Made by a program: the position numbers and the translations under genes
The notes under the pieces: generated by a model
What the model saw: the letters and a program-made list of their open reading frames with translations, nothing else
Told to the model about the DNA's origin: nothing
Database searches by the model: none
Shown here: piece by piece, positions 14,005 through 26,661 of the stretch
How positions within the stretch are numbered: position 1 is the stretch's first letter
Layout of the letters: each line of letters begins with the position of its first letter
Source: Psammoneis japonica
Lineage: Eukaryota
NCBI GenBank assembly: GCA_008632985.1
Contig: QPGO01000087.1
Coordinates: 186,001 to 250,000, forward strand
Length of the DNA stretch: 64,000 nucleotides
Direction of reading: 5' to 3'

Positions 14005-14349
14005 TTTCAATTTCATGTCGTTCACTTGACCTCCTACTGTAGGCCCTAGGTCCCTGCCACTTAGGTTCTTCAAAGACATTGCATTGTATTTTTGGTGGAT
14101 AACCCGCGGACACAACGTTAACGATAGCGTCTCGCGACAGGTCATAAGTTGACACGAATCGAATCATCTCTCCATAGACAACCAAAATTCACAATAAAAA
14201 CTATACGTTATGTAATCTAAGGTTTCGTTCTATCTGCTACCTACCGGTATTACTGCTTTTTTGGTTTAGTCGTAGGCAAGGAACCAGTGTCCCCAGAGGT
14301 TTATTTAAGCCTGTTTAGGCATCTACTCTACTGCATTTACGATGGACCT

Positions 14350-17300
14350 CACTCGGACCGATTTTTCGTCACCGTCCGCTGAAGAATCCGCGAGAACTCA
14401 CGGTGTTTATAACAACAACGGGATTAGAGTGCGCCGGGGCGGGGACGTACGGGCGGCGACATTTCAGTCGGGCTTGTGCATCCCGTGGGCGGACGGCATT
14501 CAAGACCTGCCCCGCCCGGGGATGGACGGAAAGGGGGTGGATGACGGAGGGCATTCAACAATTTCTGAGCCAGGGGCTGAAAAGGGATGGATGGGTTTCA
14601 ACACCCATTTCATTGACCACTCAGTGGTTGGTGATTCCAGACTTTTTCGTGTGGGTCGGCAGGCCAGTGGGTTGGTCTGTGGGTTGGTGGGTCGGTTTGT
14701 GTGCAACAACTCTGTCACCATTTTAAAGTGTGTCCCTTGTTGCTGCAAACAGTGTGAGCAGTTCAGTGGAGTTGGGTTGTGGCTCAAAATTGGAGAAGGA
14801 ACATTCGGTGCATTGGAGTTTGTGGGGACTTCCTGAAAAATGACAAATTCCCTTTGGCAGGTCAGTGGAGCTGGTGTTTTTCAACAGAGTTCAAAATTTG
14901 GGAAAACCAGGGTTGCAAAGCCAATGTGGCACAAGCTGCACCTGAAACAGTCATGTTGAAAAAGCTGTGTCAAGCAACAAGTGACATCAGCATGGCAGCA
15001 ATGGGAAAAAAGAGTGTCCGTGTTGCATGTCACCACCTTGCCACAGCCCTGAAGCTTGCGCGAACTGTCAAATCTGACAGCTGTTCACATTGCTGGTGGC
15101 ACTGCCACTCTGCCCTGCATTCTCTCACACACCTGCTGCACAGCCCTGCCACACTTTCCCATGTGCATGGGCAGTGATGCCATTGCCAATGCCACCCAGC
15201 CAGCCTGGTTTGCTGTGCCAGTCGGGACACCAGAAAATGTCCTGGCATGCATGAGGGGCAGGCACTGGCTGAAGAGTCCATCCCCTGGAAAGCACAGCCA
15301 TTGCTGCAAATGAGCTGGTGAGTTCCTTGGGATCTAGAGCCACCAGTGGCAGGCAATTTATCTCAGAAGATCAGCCTCTTGGTGCAAATGGGCGCAGCAC
15401 ACATGACCAAACAACAGGATGGATGGGACTTGTTTGCCAACTCCTCTTCATCAGATTTGCAAATTTGGTGCTGTTGCCCAGCTGGCCAGCTGGCCTCATG
15501 GGTGAACAGGTCATCAGTTTGGAGGCTCAGCCCTGGCACTGCTTGAGGGCAGCTGTGCTGAAAGTGCAAAGCACTTTTCCATACAAAAACATGCTGGCTC
15601 CATGCCAAGCAAATGGCAAAGCCATGCACTGACCTCAAAGTGAGTTCAACACATGCAATTTGGTGTGTTTCAGTGCAAAATGATGCACGCCAATGTGCTC
15701 ACCCACACACACACACAAAAAAACACAAAACACAACACTGCAACACCGCTGATGCTGAGAGCATGAAAACGCCAATGCCACACCAACCAGCACACTCTGT
15801 CAGAGAATGCAACCTCTCCCAATCCTTTTCTTGCATCTGAGGAAAGTGGCAGCAAGAAAAACAAAAGATCAGTGCAGTGCAAGCCAGTGTGCATGAAGCT
15901 CAAAAAAGCAGACTGAGCATGATCTGCTCAATCGCAGCTTTTGTGCACTGCAGAGCTCACAGCACAACCAAATGGCTCAGCTGAGCTCCAACGTTCCCAG
16001 CGATGCTCAACCAAGCATCAAATGTGACCCTGGAGTTCAGATGAGCGTGCAAAAGCAGTTTGCGTTCTTTTCAGACTTGGGCAAAACTGCCAACACCATG
16101 TCAGCAGTGTGACAGTCCTGCCCCTCTGGTGTGCACCAGAGATGACACCTCAGCAGACTCTGCTCAGGCCCTTGCCGCCTGTGGTGACAAAAAGCCTGAG
16201 AAACCAGAAAAAGAGACAGAGATGAGGTGTCCCAGTCATTGCAGCAGATGCTTCCTTTTCTTGCACTGCCAGAAAATGCCAGTGTGCACCCGGAAGTGGG
16301 GGCTGATGTATGTGCAAGAACATCACTCATGAACTCAAAGGACTCACTCTCTGTTTTTGTTTCTGGGCTGGGGCCAGGGTGCACTGGAAGCCAGGAGGAA
16401 ATTCTTTTAGGGTGGTGGTGCAGTGCACATGGCAGCAGCAGTGGCTGCAATGGCACCCCCCATCTCCACTCTTCCTGCCTTCACAGCAAGCGTTTGTTGA
16501 AGAAGAGGGCAGCTGGCTCCATTCTTGCCCATTGTCCAAGCAGGAGAAAGGAAAAACTCTCAGGCTGCTGCTGCTGCAGTGCTCTCACTGCTGCTGCTCC
16601 CCCACACTGCTGCTCCTTGTGATTCTGTGGGCATTTGCCCAGGAGCAAGGAGGAGCTCTTGTTGCACCACCTGGAGGAGCAGTGCTGTGACAAGCTGCAA
16701 AGTCTGGACATCCCAAATGCTGTGGAATTGTGTGTGGAGGAGCATGCCAACATTAGAGGGCAGTGAGCAAGGTCAGTGCAAGGAGGCTCTGATTTTTGAA
16801 ATCAACCATGCACTTGGAGCATTGACAACCACAGCCAAAGCCCAGCCAGGAGATCAACCCAGATGTTGCTCTGGACAGGAGGGCAGAATGTGGAATGTTG
16901 GCATTGGCCACTGCAGCATCAACACAACATGAGATTGCATCATTTTGCCCTTCAATCTTGGCCAACACCCAGCTGTGGGGTCACACAAATGGCAAAAAGA
17001 GTGCTCCATGTGAGACTTTGGCACCATCTGGCATGATGGCAGTCCTCACATTGTTGTTGTCCTCTGACCATCATTTCAAGACAGATGCAATGGATGCCAC
17101 GGACATTTTTGCACAGAAAACTTGCACCCAACCCAACCACTGAGTGGTCAATGGAACCCCAATTTTTGTTGATTTTACAAAAACTCAAACTGGTTTTTGC
17201 CAGAACTCCCATCTCCACTCCTCACTTTGGTGTGATCCAGGCAGGCCTGGCATGTTCTGTGTGTGCACCCTCCTGTGTGTGTGTGCTTGCACTGGGGTGC

Positions 17301-20300
17301 AGATTGCAGATTCTAGATTTTTCTTTCAGAACAAATGCAGATTTTTGCGGCCCACAAAATGTTGGTGTGGATTCTCTTGTTGGAGCAGGTTGTTTTCTAT
17401 GATGATTGGGATGGCATTCATTGACAACTGTTCAGATGTGGGTGTTGAGACACTCAGAGAAATTTGTGCCTTTTGTGGCATGACCAAAAGATCACAGAAG
17501 AAGCAATCCTCACTTTGGTTTGCAAGCAACAATCTCATGAAAATGAACTTGACAATTGACACAGCCAGATCTCAATCCACAACTGCCGCTGTGAGTTTTG
17601 GCACCCAGGGCTGTGGCCAGAGCACTGCTTTAATTGTTGGAACAGAGAAAATGGACATGAAGGCAACCAGCAGCAACTCCACCAATCCCAGCTGCAATGT
17701 GTGCCACCTTTCTCACTGCTTGTGATGTGGAACAGCATTTTCTTGTGGTGTTGACATTGTTGTTGATGAATGAGCTGCTTGAGATTGCGTTGATGCCCAT
17801 CTCATTCCACAGCAACTCCAGGGTGCCATCTTTGATCTTGCATCAAATTTGACCTCAAAATGTTGGCAAACAGAAACCTTCTTTCTCAATGACAAGAACA
17901 AACTGTTTCCATCTCCAAGAGGTGCTGTCAATGAGCTCTGCACACTGTCCAAAGTCAGCAACATTTTGGCTGTCCAGGAAGATGCCATCATTGACAATGG
18001 TGTGCTGCCCAGCCATGGAGGAGTCTTTGCAACCCTCGCACATTCCAGTGTCTTCTTGTTTGCAAAATTCCTTCTGTCAGGGGCCCACAGCACATTTGCA
18101 ACATGTGCTTCAACTGTGATCTTTGCAAAAAGTGTTGCAACACTGGCACACACAACAAGGACCATGCGTTTGAAAGGCCAGTGTGAGTCATCAGCTCTTC
18201 CACACCTTTCCTGCTCTTGCACAAGGAGCCCCCATTGCACACAAGCATTGCTTGTGCTGCAATGGAGCCAGTGGGAAATGCAAGTGTGCCAGTGATAAAA
18301 GCAAGTGCACAGTGGCTCATGACTCCACCTGCCAAGGTTGCCTGCCTCAACATTGGCACCAAAGAACCTTGCTGCAAGTGTGCTGAGTGCTGGGATTTTT
18401 TTCTTTGCCAGAAGTGCTGTGCAATGCCAAAGAGCATGTGCTTGCAAATGGCTTTCTCAAACTGGCTGGGGTCAACTTGCAACCAGTTTCTGTGGCTCCT
18501 TTGTTGTTCTCCTCCTGAGGAAAAACCAAGTCCTTCACATTCCAACAAGAACACCATTGTTCCTGTGACCACAGCAGTTGTGGAGATCATGACAGACAAG
18601 ACAACAACACCTGGCATCAAAGCTGAAGTTGTGGCGACACTTTTGCTGGGGCAAGAGGTGGCACTCATTAACTTGCCAGAAGCAAAGAGATGAGTGGTTG
18701 ACATCCCAAGGTTGTCCCAGAAGGAGAGTTTGAAGCCAGAGAGAACATCCAAGTCTCCTGCAAACCTTTTGCCAAGGAGACATTGGCCAAGCCAATGAAT
18801 CTCATTGGAAAGGACATGAGTGGTGTCATCTGGCAGTTGCCAGCCCTGATGGCCAAGTTGACCTTGTTGGTGGTGTGCAGGAGGCACAGCTCTCTTGGAT
18901 GATGGGCACTGAAAATTGAGCCCAAGAACCTTTAAGTCATTGAAGACATCTGAGTCTTGAGTGGGTGTGTTGTGTGACATGTCAAGTTGTTCCAATCATT
19001 GTGCCAATGGGCAAGGTGTCAACACAATGTCATGGTGTCCATCAGCTCATTTTGCATGCTTTTGCAGCAGAGTGGCTCTGTGGGTTTCCCACTGTCTTGC
19101 TGAGGCAAGATGCCAAGATGCCACAAAATTAATTTTGGTTGCACTGGCCCACTTCTGCAAGTGGAGCTCTGATGCACAATGTTTGACAGCCCACCAGCCC
19201 ACACCTCATTGACAAGGCACCCAGTTGTGGGTGTGATGAGGACTGAGGCAGCATCAAGTCCACTCACCAGAGATGGACAGCCTCCAGTTTTGCAAACCAC
19301 ACCTTTGGATTTCTCCAGGCAACCACTTCTTGGCAGAGCAGGTGCAAACTGCCCTTTGCTTTGCAGTCTGGTCCAAACCCAGTGGTGCAGAGCTTTCCCT
19401 TTGTCTTGTGAGCATGAGCAGATGAGCCACATGACAGATGCAGACATTTCAAGAGGAGTGTGTGGTGCATGTCACAGCTGTGCTGTGAGATCACAACTTT
19501 CTGATCTCCACAAAGCTGGTGAAAGCCTCCTCAAGGTTGTCATGCTGTGCATTGACAAAAGTCAGTGAAAACCTTTGGGTTCTTCATCACCAGGTCCCTC
19601 CAAGATGGTGTCATCCACCATGACATGTGCTGGAGAGTCCACCTCAAGGGTGTTTGGGCACCTTTGGAGAGAACACATGGCACAAAGCTTCTGCCACCCA
19701 CAAATGTGGGATCATGTGTGAGCAGCCAGGTGCACATCTCTGACAATCATGGTGGCCAAAATGGACACAAGATCCACCCAAGATTTTGTTGATGTGCTGT
19801 GGTGGCAGCATGTCTGAGGACTCAACATGCTCATGAAAAAGCAGTTGCCACTCTGCAACTCCAAAAGCATGAGCTCAATGTGATGTTTCTTTCCTTGCTG
19901 GAGTCCACATTTCTGTCTGGTGCCTCTGACATGCTCAAGAAACTGCCAGTGCAAAAGATTGTTTTGCTTGGCTTTCAGCTTCTTGTCACTGACACTCCAA
20001 AGCAACCATGTGAACCCTTTGATTCTGACTGAGTCTGCTCTCACTGGATGATCATGCTTTCAAACTCTGCCAAAAAATGCTTTCTTCCTTGTTTTTGGCT
20101 TCTTCAGCCTTTCTGTCACAGAGCTCAACAAGTTGTGTCTGTTTGTTCTACAATTTTGTCTGCTTTTCTTTTGGAGAGGTTGACTCAGAGCAGGCAATTT
20201 TTTTTTCTTTGACAGTGCAGATTCACTCTCCTCCTGAAGCTTCATTGTTTGATCATCATGAAGTGTGCTTTGCTGTCCATCCCACCTTGAAGCATTGCTG

Positions 20301-23300
20301 CTGCACTGCTTTTCTGTTTTTCTTTGTTGGGGCAGTCAATGACCTCCAACAACTTTGCCACTTCTGCTTCACATTTTTCTGTGCAGCCACACATCTTTGT
20401 TCTCTTTCCAAGAGTCTGATCCCTTTGTTTTCTTGAAGAATTCCATGTGGCACAAGAGCAAACTCAAGTCAAGATTGAGGTCATCTTTGGGGAAGTGATG
20501 CAACAGATCTGTTGGCAATGAGAAGGCTGAGCTTCAGCTTCCTCCAATTGAGAGAAAGTCATTGCAGAAGCCCCCAATGAACACCAGCAGAGCAAGATGC
20601 AGCACTCTGTGATGAGGTGTGTCTCTTGGAGGCCTGGCTTGCTTTTCCACTGTTCACATCAGCGCCATTTTGCATCTTGCCATCAGGGCCATTTGAAACA
20701 TCATTCTTGAAGATGCCCGTGGGGTCAAGAATTCCAGTCAAGCAATGTGACCCCATCATTCTTTTCTTGAGCAGAAATCTTCAGTTCCTCAACTGAGAGG
20801 ATTGCAAAGAGAAACAGCCACTCTGACAGAATGCTCACAATGTCCAGAATGTCCTCTGGCAACCATTCCTTGAACAACAACATGTCAATGTGATCTGGAG
20901 CTTGAGCAATCCCCAGAGGCAAAGATTTCTGGTTGTGAGAGACATTTGCAATTCTCCCAAAGAGCTGCAGGAATGAGTTGTCATGACATGTCCGTTGGTC
21001 CTCTCCTGTGATCAGCCAGCAGACTGTGACAGTTTGTGAGGATGAGGATCTTTGCACTGGTGTTTGCTTGCTTCATCACACCCTTTGTGTTTGCCATGTT
21101 TGCAACGTGCATCTTGGCCACAATGTTGTCCCAAAACCCTGGCCAGCAGCAGCAGGGCATCTGAGGTGCAGATGTCTTTGATGTTTCAGCATGACCAATC
21201 TTTCAGTGGATCGTGTCATTCCTGCTTAGACACAGGGAGTCATTCCCACTTACACACAGGGATCTCTGTCACAATCAACATGACCTCATCTCATTGTTCC
21301 CCTTCTGCCATCAGCTTTTTGCTGTGATGATGAGCTTTGCAAGGCTTTTGATGCCTTTCTTTTGAAGGGGCTTTTCTGTCATGTTGCAACCAAGCAAGTG
21401 TCTGGCTGCAGTGCACTTGCCACAACCAGTGTTTTGTGGCACTGGAACAGGAGCATCTTTTCCCAAGATGCTTGGTGCACTTCTCACCCCATTTTCCATT
21501 CACAGTGGTGGCACAGCAATGTTGTCTGATTTCTTCTGCTCATGTGGGCAGCATGTGGTGTTCTGTCATGTCATTGTCAATCTCTGCTTCTGGCAATGCA
21601 GTGGGCTTGACAACAAATGTCTTCATGGCTGTCATCATGTTCTGCAGTGCTCACAATGCAGATTTGAGATTTTGGCTCTTTCCTCCCAGGATCAAGAATT
21701 TCATGATGAGTTTGATCACTTTTGCTTTTTACAATGCAAGATGTGTCAAGAAGCTTTGAAGCTTTCCCACAATTTTTTCATCCTTGCTGTGTCCTGTTTT
21801 GGCAACATGGACGCTGCTGTTGTTCAACGACATGACATTTTTCACTTGACTTGGGCACAACTTTTTTCTCATGAAACTTGCTTCTGCACATTGCAATCAC
21901 AGCATGCATGAATCATGATGACTGGCACTGAGCCTGAATTTGATCAGAGTCTCAAGAGGTTCTGGCACTTCCTTCCAATCTTCCAATGCCAAAAATTGAC
22001 CAACTTTGGCTTCCAAACCTGCACCCATCTTTCAAGAGTTGCCAAGTTGCCCCCCTCAAGTTTGTTGGTGTCTTTCTTCAAGCTGGCTTCAATGTGGTTA
22101 ACAGCACCTAAAACCTGCTCACTCTACAGTGCAGCCTGGCTTGATTTGGTGATCCTGGGGCTGGCAGCATCCCCAGGCTGCACATGCTGGCAGATCTCTG
22201 TGCTGTTGTCACCACTGTTGAGGATCAAAAAGGGGGCCCAAGATCCACTTGCCATCTTGTGCCACTGCTGCTGTTGGCTCTGTGGTGGCATTGTCATCCA
22301 CTGAAACTTTGTCAAAGGGCTGCAGTTTAGAAAGCAGCAGGAATGAAAAAGAGTGACTGCACAAATCACTGAGGAAGTGTTTTGGTGATCAGGGCAGCCA
22401 GCAAGTGGCTTGCAAGTGGCATCTGTTGGTGGTGAAAGCACAGGCTCAAGTTGAACAACAGGCCTTCTGTCATCTTCTCCACTCTGCAGCAGCTGACTCC
22501 ACTTTGAACAGAATGCAGTCAACTCCAGCATTGCAGCTGTCAGCAGAGGCAGCCCAAGCTCTCCAGGAGACCCAGTCACCAGGACACTGGCCCACATCCT
22601 GCCTGTTCCCAGGCCATTTTTGGCAGTGAGTGCAGAAGGTGGACTGCCAAATTTGGGTGGGAGCAAAGTGTGGGTAGAGTGCCTGATGAATGCAAGGGGC
22701 CAGATGATTTGCAAGCAGAGAGCATGAGCTGCAAGAGAGCATTCATGAACAAAAACAGCACATGACAGGCTCAGCTTGGGGGCATGCAGGCAGCAGAGCA
22801 TTTTTTTTGAAGCACCAGCAGCCAACAGGGTAAACGACATCAATGTTGACTTGAGTGAATGTGGCCACAGCACTGCCAGCTTAAAGGAAGTGAGCAGAGA
22901 TGTCTTTTGGAAGAGAGCTCCAGCAGTCAGCTGGGACCAAGGATGGCAGCAGCAGCAGCAAGGTGCAAGTGATGTTGGAGGGCACAATGGGTTTGAAGTG
23001 GTGCTGGTGCATGGTGTGAAGCAAGGGGCAAGGTGTGCTGGTGTGCTGCCAGAGATGAAGTGTGCAGTGCACCATGGCCAGGACCAGTTGGAATTGCAGG
23101 TCACCACTGTGGCCGCATGCCAATCACTTTAGCCAGTGTCTTTTGAGTGGTGACCTCCAAGGTGATGCAGGTGGCAGCCCACAGTTTGGCATTGGTGGCA
23201 GTGGAGACAAGTCCAGGCAAGCAGGGCTGGCAAGTGGTTCAACTCAGCACAGTTGGGAGGGGGCTTTGTCCAGCAGTGCATCACATTTGCTGGGGTGGAG

Positions 23301-25750
23301 CAAGGAGAAAAAAACAAAGGTGATCATGTCAGCATTGCACAAGCCATGGATGGTGCACTGGCAAGTGCCACGGCACTGATTCTGCAGATGGCATGAGTCA
23401 AAGTGGGGCAAAAAAAGCAGCAAGCATCAAGTTGGAAAAGCTGAGTGGCATCATCTTCTGTGCTGCTGTTTGCTGGGTCAGGTGAGCAGTTGTTCTTGAG
23501 AATCAGGGCAGCAACAATGCCATCAATGTTTGACAATGGCCCACAGCAGAGAGGTGGTGCTGGCCATGCTGGCAGAGGTGTGGCAGAGCTCTTGCAGTGC
23601 CAAGGCATTGTGTGCTGCCAGGTTGTTGGCATTGTCCTTGGTGGCATGCTTCTCCTGCACATCAAAACAGCTGGCCCTGAAATCCTGGTGCAAAAATCAA
23701 AACAGATGGTGCTGAAATCCTGGTGCAAAAACCTTCCCATGAGTTTGGCTGAGGCCAAAGTTTGTGATGGTCCCATGTGAATTTGATCTCATAAAAAAAT
23801 GTGGCAGAGATGATGGAGTCAGGGAACTTGGTGTGCCTCAACATGGGGACAGCTTGCCCCAAGACTGCCATGTCTGCAGACCTCCTGCATGCCACCCAGA
23901 TTTTGCTGGGTGTTGTTTTGCTCTTGGTCATGTCATCATCAGTCTTTTCCAGGTGCACTGCTTGGGCATTGGCTGCAATCATGTGCTGTGCCCCTGCCAC
24001 CAGCAGCACTGCAGTGAGATCTTGAGTGTCATGCAGGGTGCCAAAGCAGTGTGGTGGCAGGCACAGAAAATCTGGGAGGGGGGGGGGGGCACTCTTGCAG
24101 GGCATCAATTGGAGGCTGGTCACTGTGGAAGATTTTGGCTGTCTCATGGCACAACCAAGTGATTGGGGGCATGCCTTCACTGACAATTGCTCATTGCTCC
24201 CTGGCAGCATGCTGCACCGGTTTCTAGATGTGAGGCCAGCAGAGCCAAAAAGAAGCACAAGGTCGTGCTTGTTGGGTGTGAAAATGGGGTGACTGGCATT
24301 CATCACTTTGGTGTCTTGGTCTGCAGGGTTGAAGCGACTCACCATCTGCTCCTCTCCTCTGGGACTCCTCCCAACAGTTGATCAAGCAGCTTGCTGTGGA
24401 GGGATGCTGCAGCAACCAAAACCTTGCAATTTTTTCTGTGCAATTGTGCATTGGGTGTGGTGTGTTGTCACGTTGTCCATTGCGCACAACCATTCAAGTG
24501 AAAAAAGTTGAGCGGCCCACACAGGCACAGAATTTTTTTCAGCTTTGCATTTGAGGGCAAAATCTGCCTCTGTGATGGTCATTTGCCATCTTTCATTGTG
24601 ACATGTCTCATTTCACTGGGTCCAATGGCCACAACCCTGTTTTGTTTGACAAGTGCCCCACAATGTGATGTCAAGAAAGGATGAGTTGGACAACGATTTG
24701 AGTCAAAAATCTGACTGAGAAGATTCTGCAGATTGCCACAGTGTTGGTGCAATCCCAGCTGCTGCAAATGTGCAACAATCACCTGAAAGCCCTGCAGACT
24801 CCTCTGTTGTCAGCAGTGATGAAGGCTCTCTTCAAGAAGCAATGCACCGAGTAAATTCGTCATCGAGCCGCCTTGACGAACATGCGACAACAAAGAGAAC
24901 TGAGACTGAATGGAGTTTTGTCTTGTCACAAACAAAGCAGGTTCCCATGGTTTCTTGCTGGTTTGAATTCAAATGACATGCCCCACATTGTAAGTTGTTG
25001 ATTGATTGTGTGTCTTGCATTGTGTCTCACAAACACTCAACACTTGTTTCGTCAAACCTTTTTTTTTTTTTCGAAAATTTTCCCACAAACAGCATGTCGT
25101 CCGAGTCGAGTGTGTCAGTGCTCCTGACCCTGTGTCTTAAAGGCTTTTGACAGCAAGGATCAATGAGCCCCTCTTCACTCTGAAGCTCCATGAAAACCTT
25201 CTTGGCCCACTTGTCACTGACTTTTGCTGCTCATCCAAGCTCTGCTCCGGCCCGCCCTCGTCGCGGTCACACAGCTCCTTGCACTTCTCCACCAACTCCA
25301 TCTTCTTCAGCATGTCGCAGGGAATGCCATCAGACGCACACCACCACTTGCATTGTGGGACAGTCCCAAGACAGCGACGGCATGCGAAGAAATGCCGGCC
25401 ACAGCATTGTCCCCTTCAAAACAACACAAAAAACTCGAGTGCTTTGTGCGGACAATGCAAGAGTCTCGCTGACAAATTTGAAACAAGTTTTGAAGTGACA
25501 ACATTGATGTTGACATAAAGCGACAAATGACGAAAGCCTTTGATGGAGCGAAAAGAAGGCCGCATTGTGACAAAAGACGGCGAATGACCGCCGAGGCAGA
25601 ATTCGCCCTTGTTCTCACGAAAAAAAAACAGTGACATCGCGTCGGGAGCTGCGCGAAAAAAGTCGCTCGAACGGTTTCAGGTTGTGCGCGATTGGATTTT
25701 AGATTCCAGATTGTGGAGTAGCTTTTGGAGATGACGCAGCGGCGACCCAT
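14350..25750 (-). mobile_element. Heavily mutated transposon block 1 (TpA/CpG-depleted), tentatively KDZ (Kyakuja-Dileera-Zisupton)-like; boundaries approximate
   Basis: No intact ORF; strong compositional contrast with flanks. Minus-strand remnants in KDZ-like order at ~18.6-17.4 kb: CLVC.D, GGVM, HWP....VCASVAT, PWL, FHE, LNT/TSEQL (frameshifted). Family call is weak. Confidence 0.5.
23661..23730. repeat. 35-bp tandem duplication
   Basis: atcaaaacagctggccctgaaatcctggtgcaaaa followed by atcaaaacagatggtgctgaaatcctggtgcaaaa. Confidence 0.85.
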
Positions 25751-26330
25751 ACTCGGCCTTGTTTGAGCTATTCTTCATCGTTTTCGTTCATTGAAGACAC
25801 AGATATTACTTTTATAAGGTATAATTGTTGGGTGAGGCCCTTGGTTTGGCGAGAAACGGAGTTTTCGTTGTGTAGAAATCAAAACATGGGTCTTTTCCCT
25901 GTTGTCTTAGCTATTTTTGAGCGGCAAAACCCATACTTTGATATTTGTTCGTTCCTTTCACTTCCTCTGATGACGCTCATTGCCATTATCGACTCACCAT
26001 TGTCAAGAAAAGTTTTTCCTGTCTTGGGTGTGCTGTGTGTTCGATCTGTGGCGAGAATTATTACACTGTCACATTGACACGAAACACCGCAAAATCAGGA
26101 ATTGTCACGACCCATACTTTGATCTGCATTCATTCAATACACCTCCTCTGTTGCGCACCATTGATGGTATCTCTTTGTTATAGATACAAAAAGCATCTCC
26201 TGTCTTGTGCATGCTGTGTTTTGATTTGTGGCTAGAAATATCGGTCATACTCGTGTGGTCTCATGTCGGCATTTTGTGACTAACACCGACCCGCGTACTT
26301 TGATGTTTGTTCATTCATTTCGTCTCTTTA
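25745..26330. repeat. Degenerate ~180-bp tandem repeat (3-4 units)
   Basis: acccatact-like anchors at 25745, 25929, 26110 and 26289; tcctgtcttg..tgctgtgt..gat.tgtggc.agaa.ta shared at ~26017 and ~26198. Confidence 0.7.
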
Positions 26331-26661
26331 CTCACACTTCTTTGATCTAATCTCTTCTATATAGTTTCGAAAGGATCATGCTGCTTTGTATTTGCTTTTG
26401 ATGGGGTCGGATCGCGCGAAAGCCAATACTACGACAAGTTGACAGTTGACACGCATCAACCCCTCCGGCCGGCAGAGCCACGAAATAAAGGAAGACGGAG
26501 CACATTGCACTATTGAACATGATGCCAAGTGAGCATCACATGGAAAACGCCACAAGCGCACTAGACGACAACACAAAGCTTAATGCATGACTGTGTAATT
26601 AAATGAATGTTGATGCAAAACGCAAAACCTCCCTTGTTCCCTTGGAAAGGAACATGACGGT

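Noticed and set aside
14342..25750. Dozens of overlapping Cys/His/Trp-rich ORFs as novel metalloproteins or small peptides
   Set aside because: Artefact of TpA loss: TAA/TAG stops disappear in all six frames, and Tyr/Arg codons become Cys/His/Gln/Trp.
14340..25760. Terminal inverted repeats, target-site duplications or Helitron ends for the blocks
   Set aside because: Only short, unconvincing matches were found by eye; the termini remain undefined.
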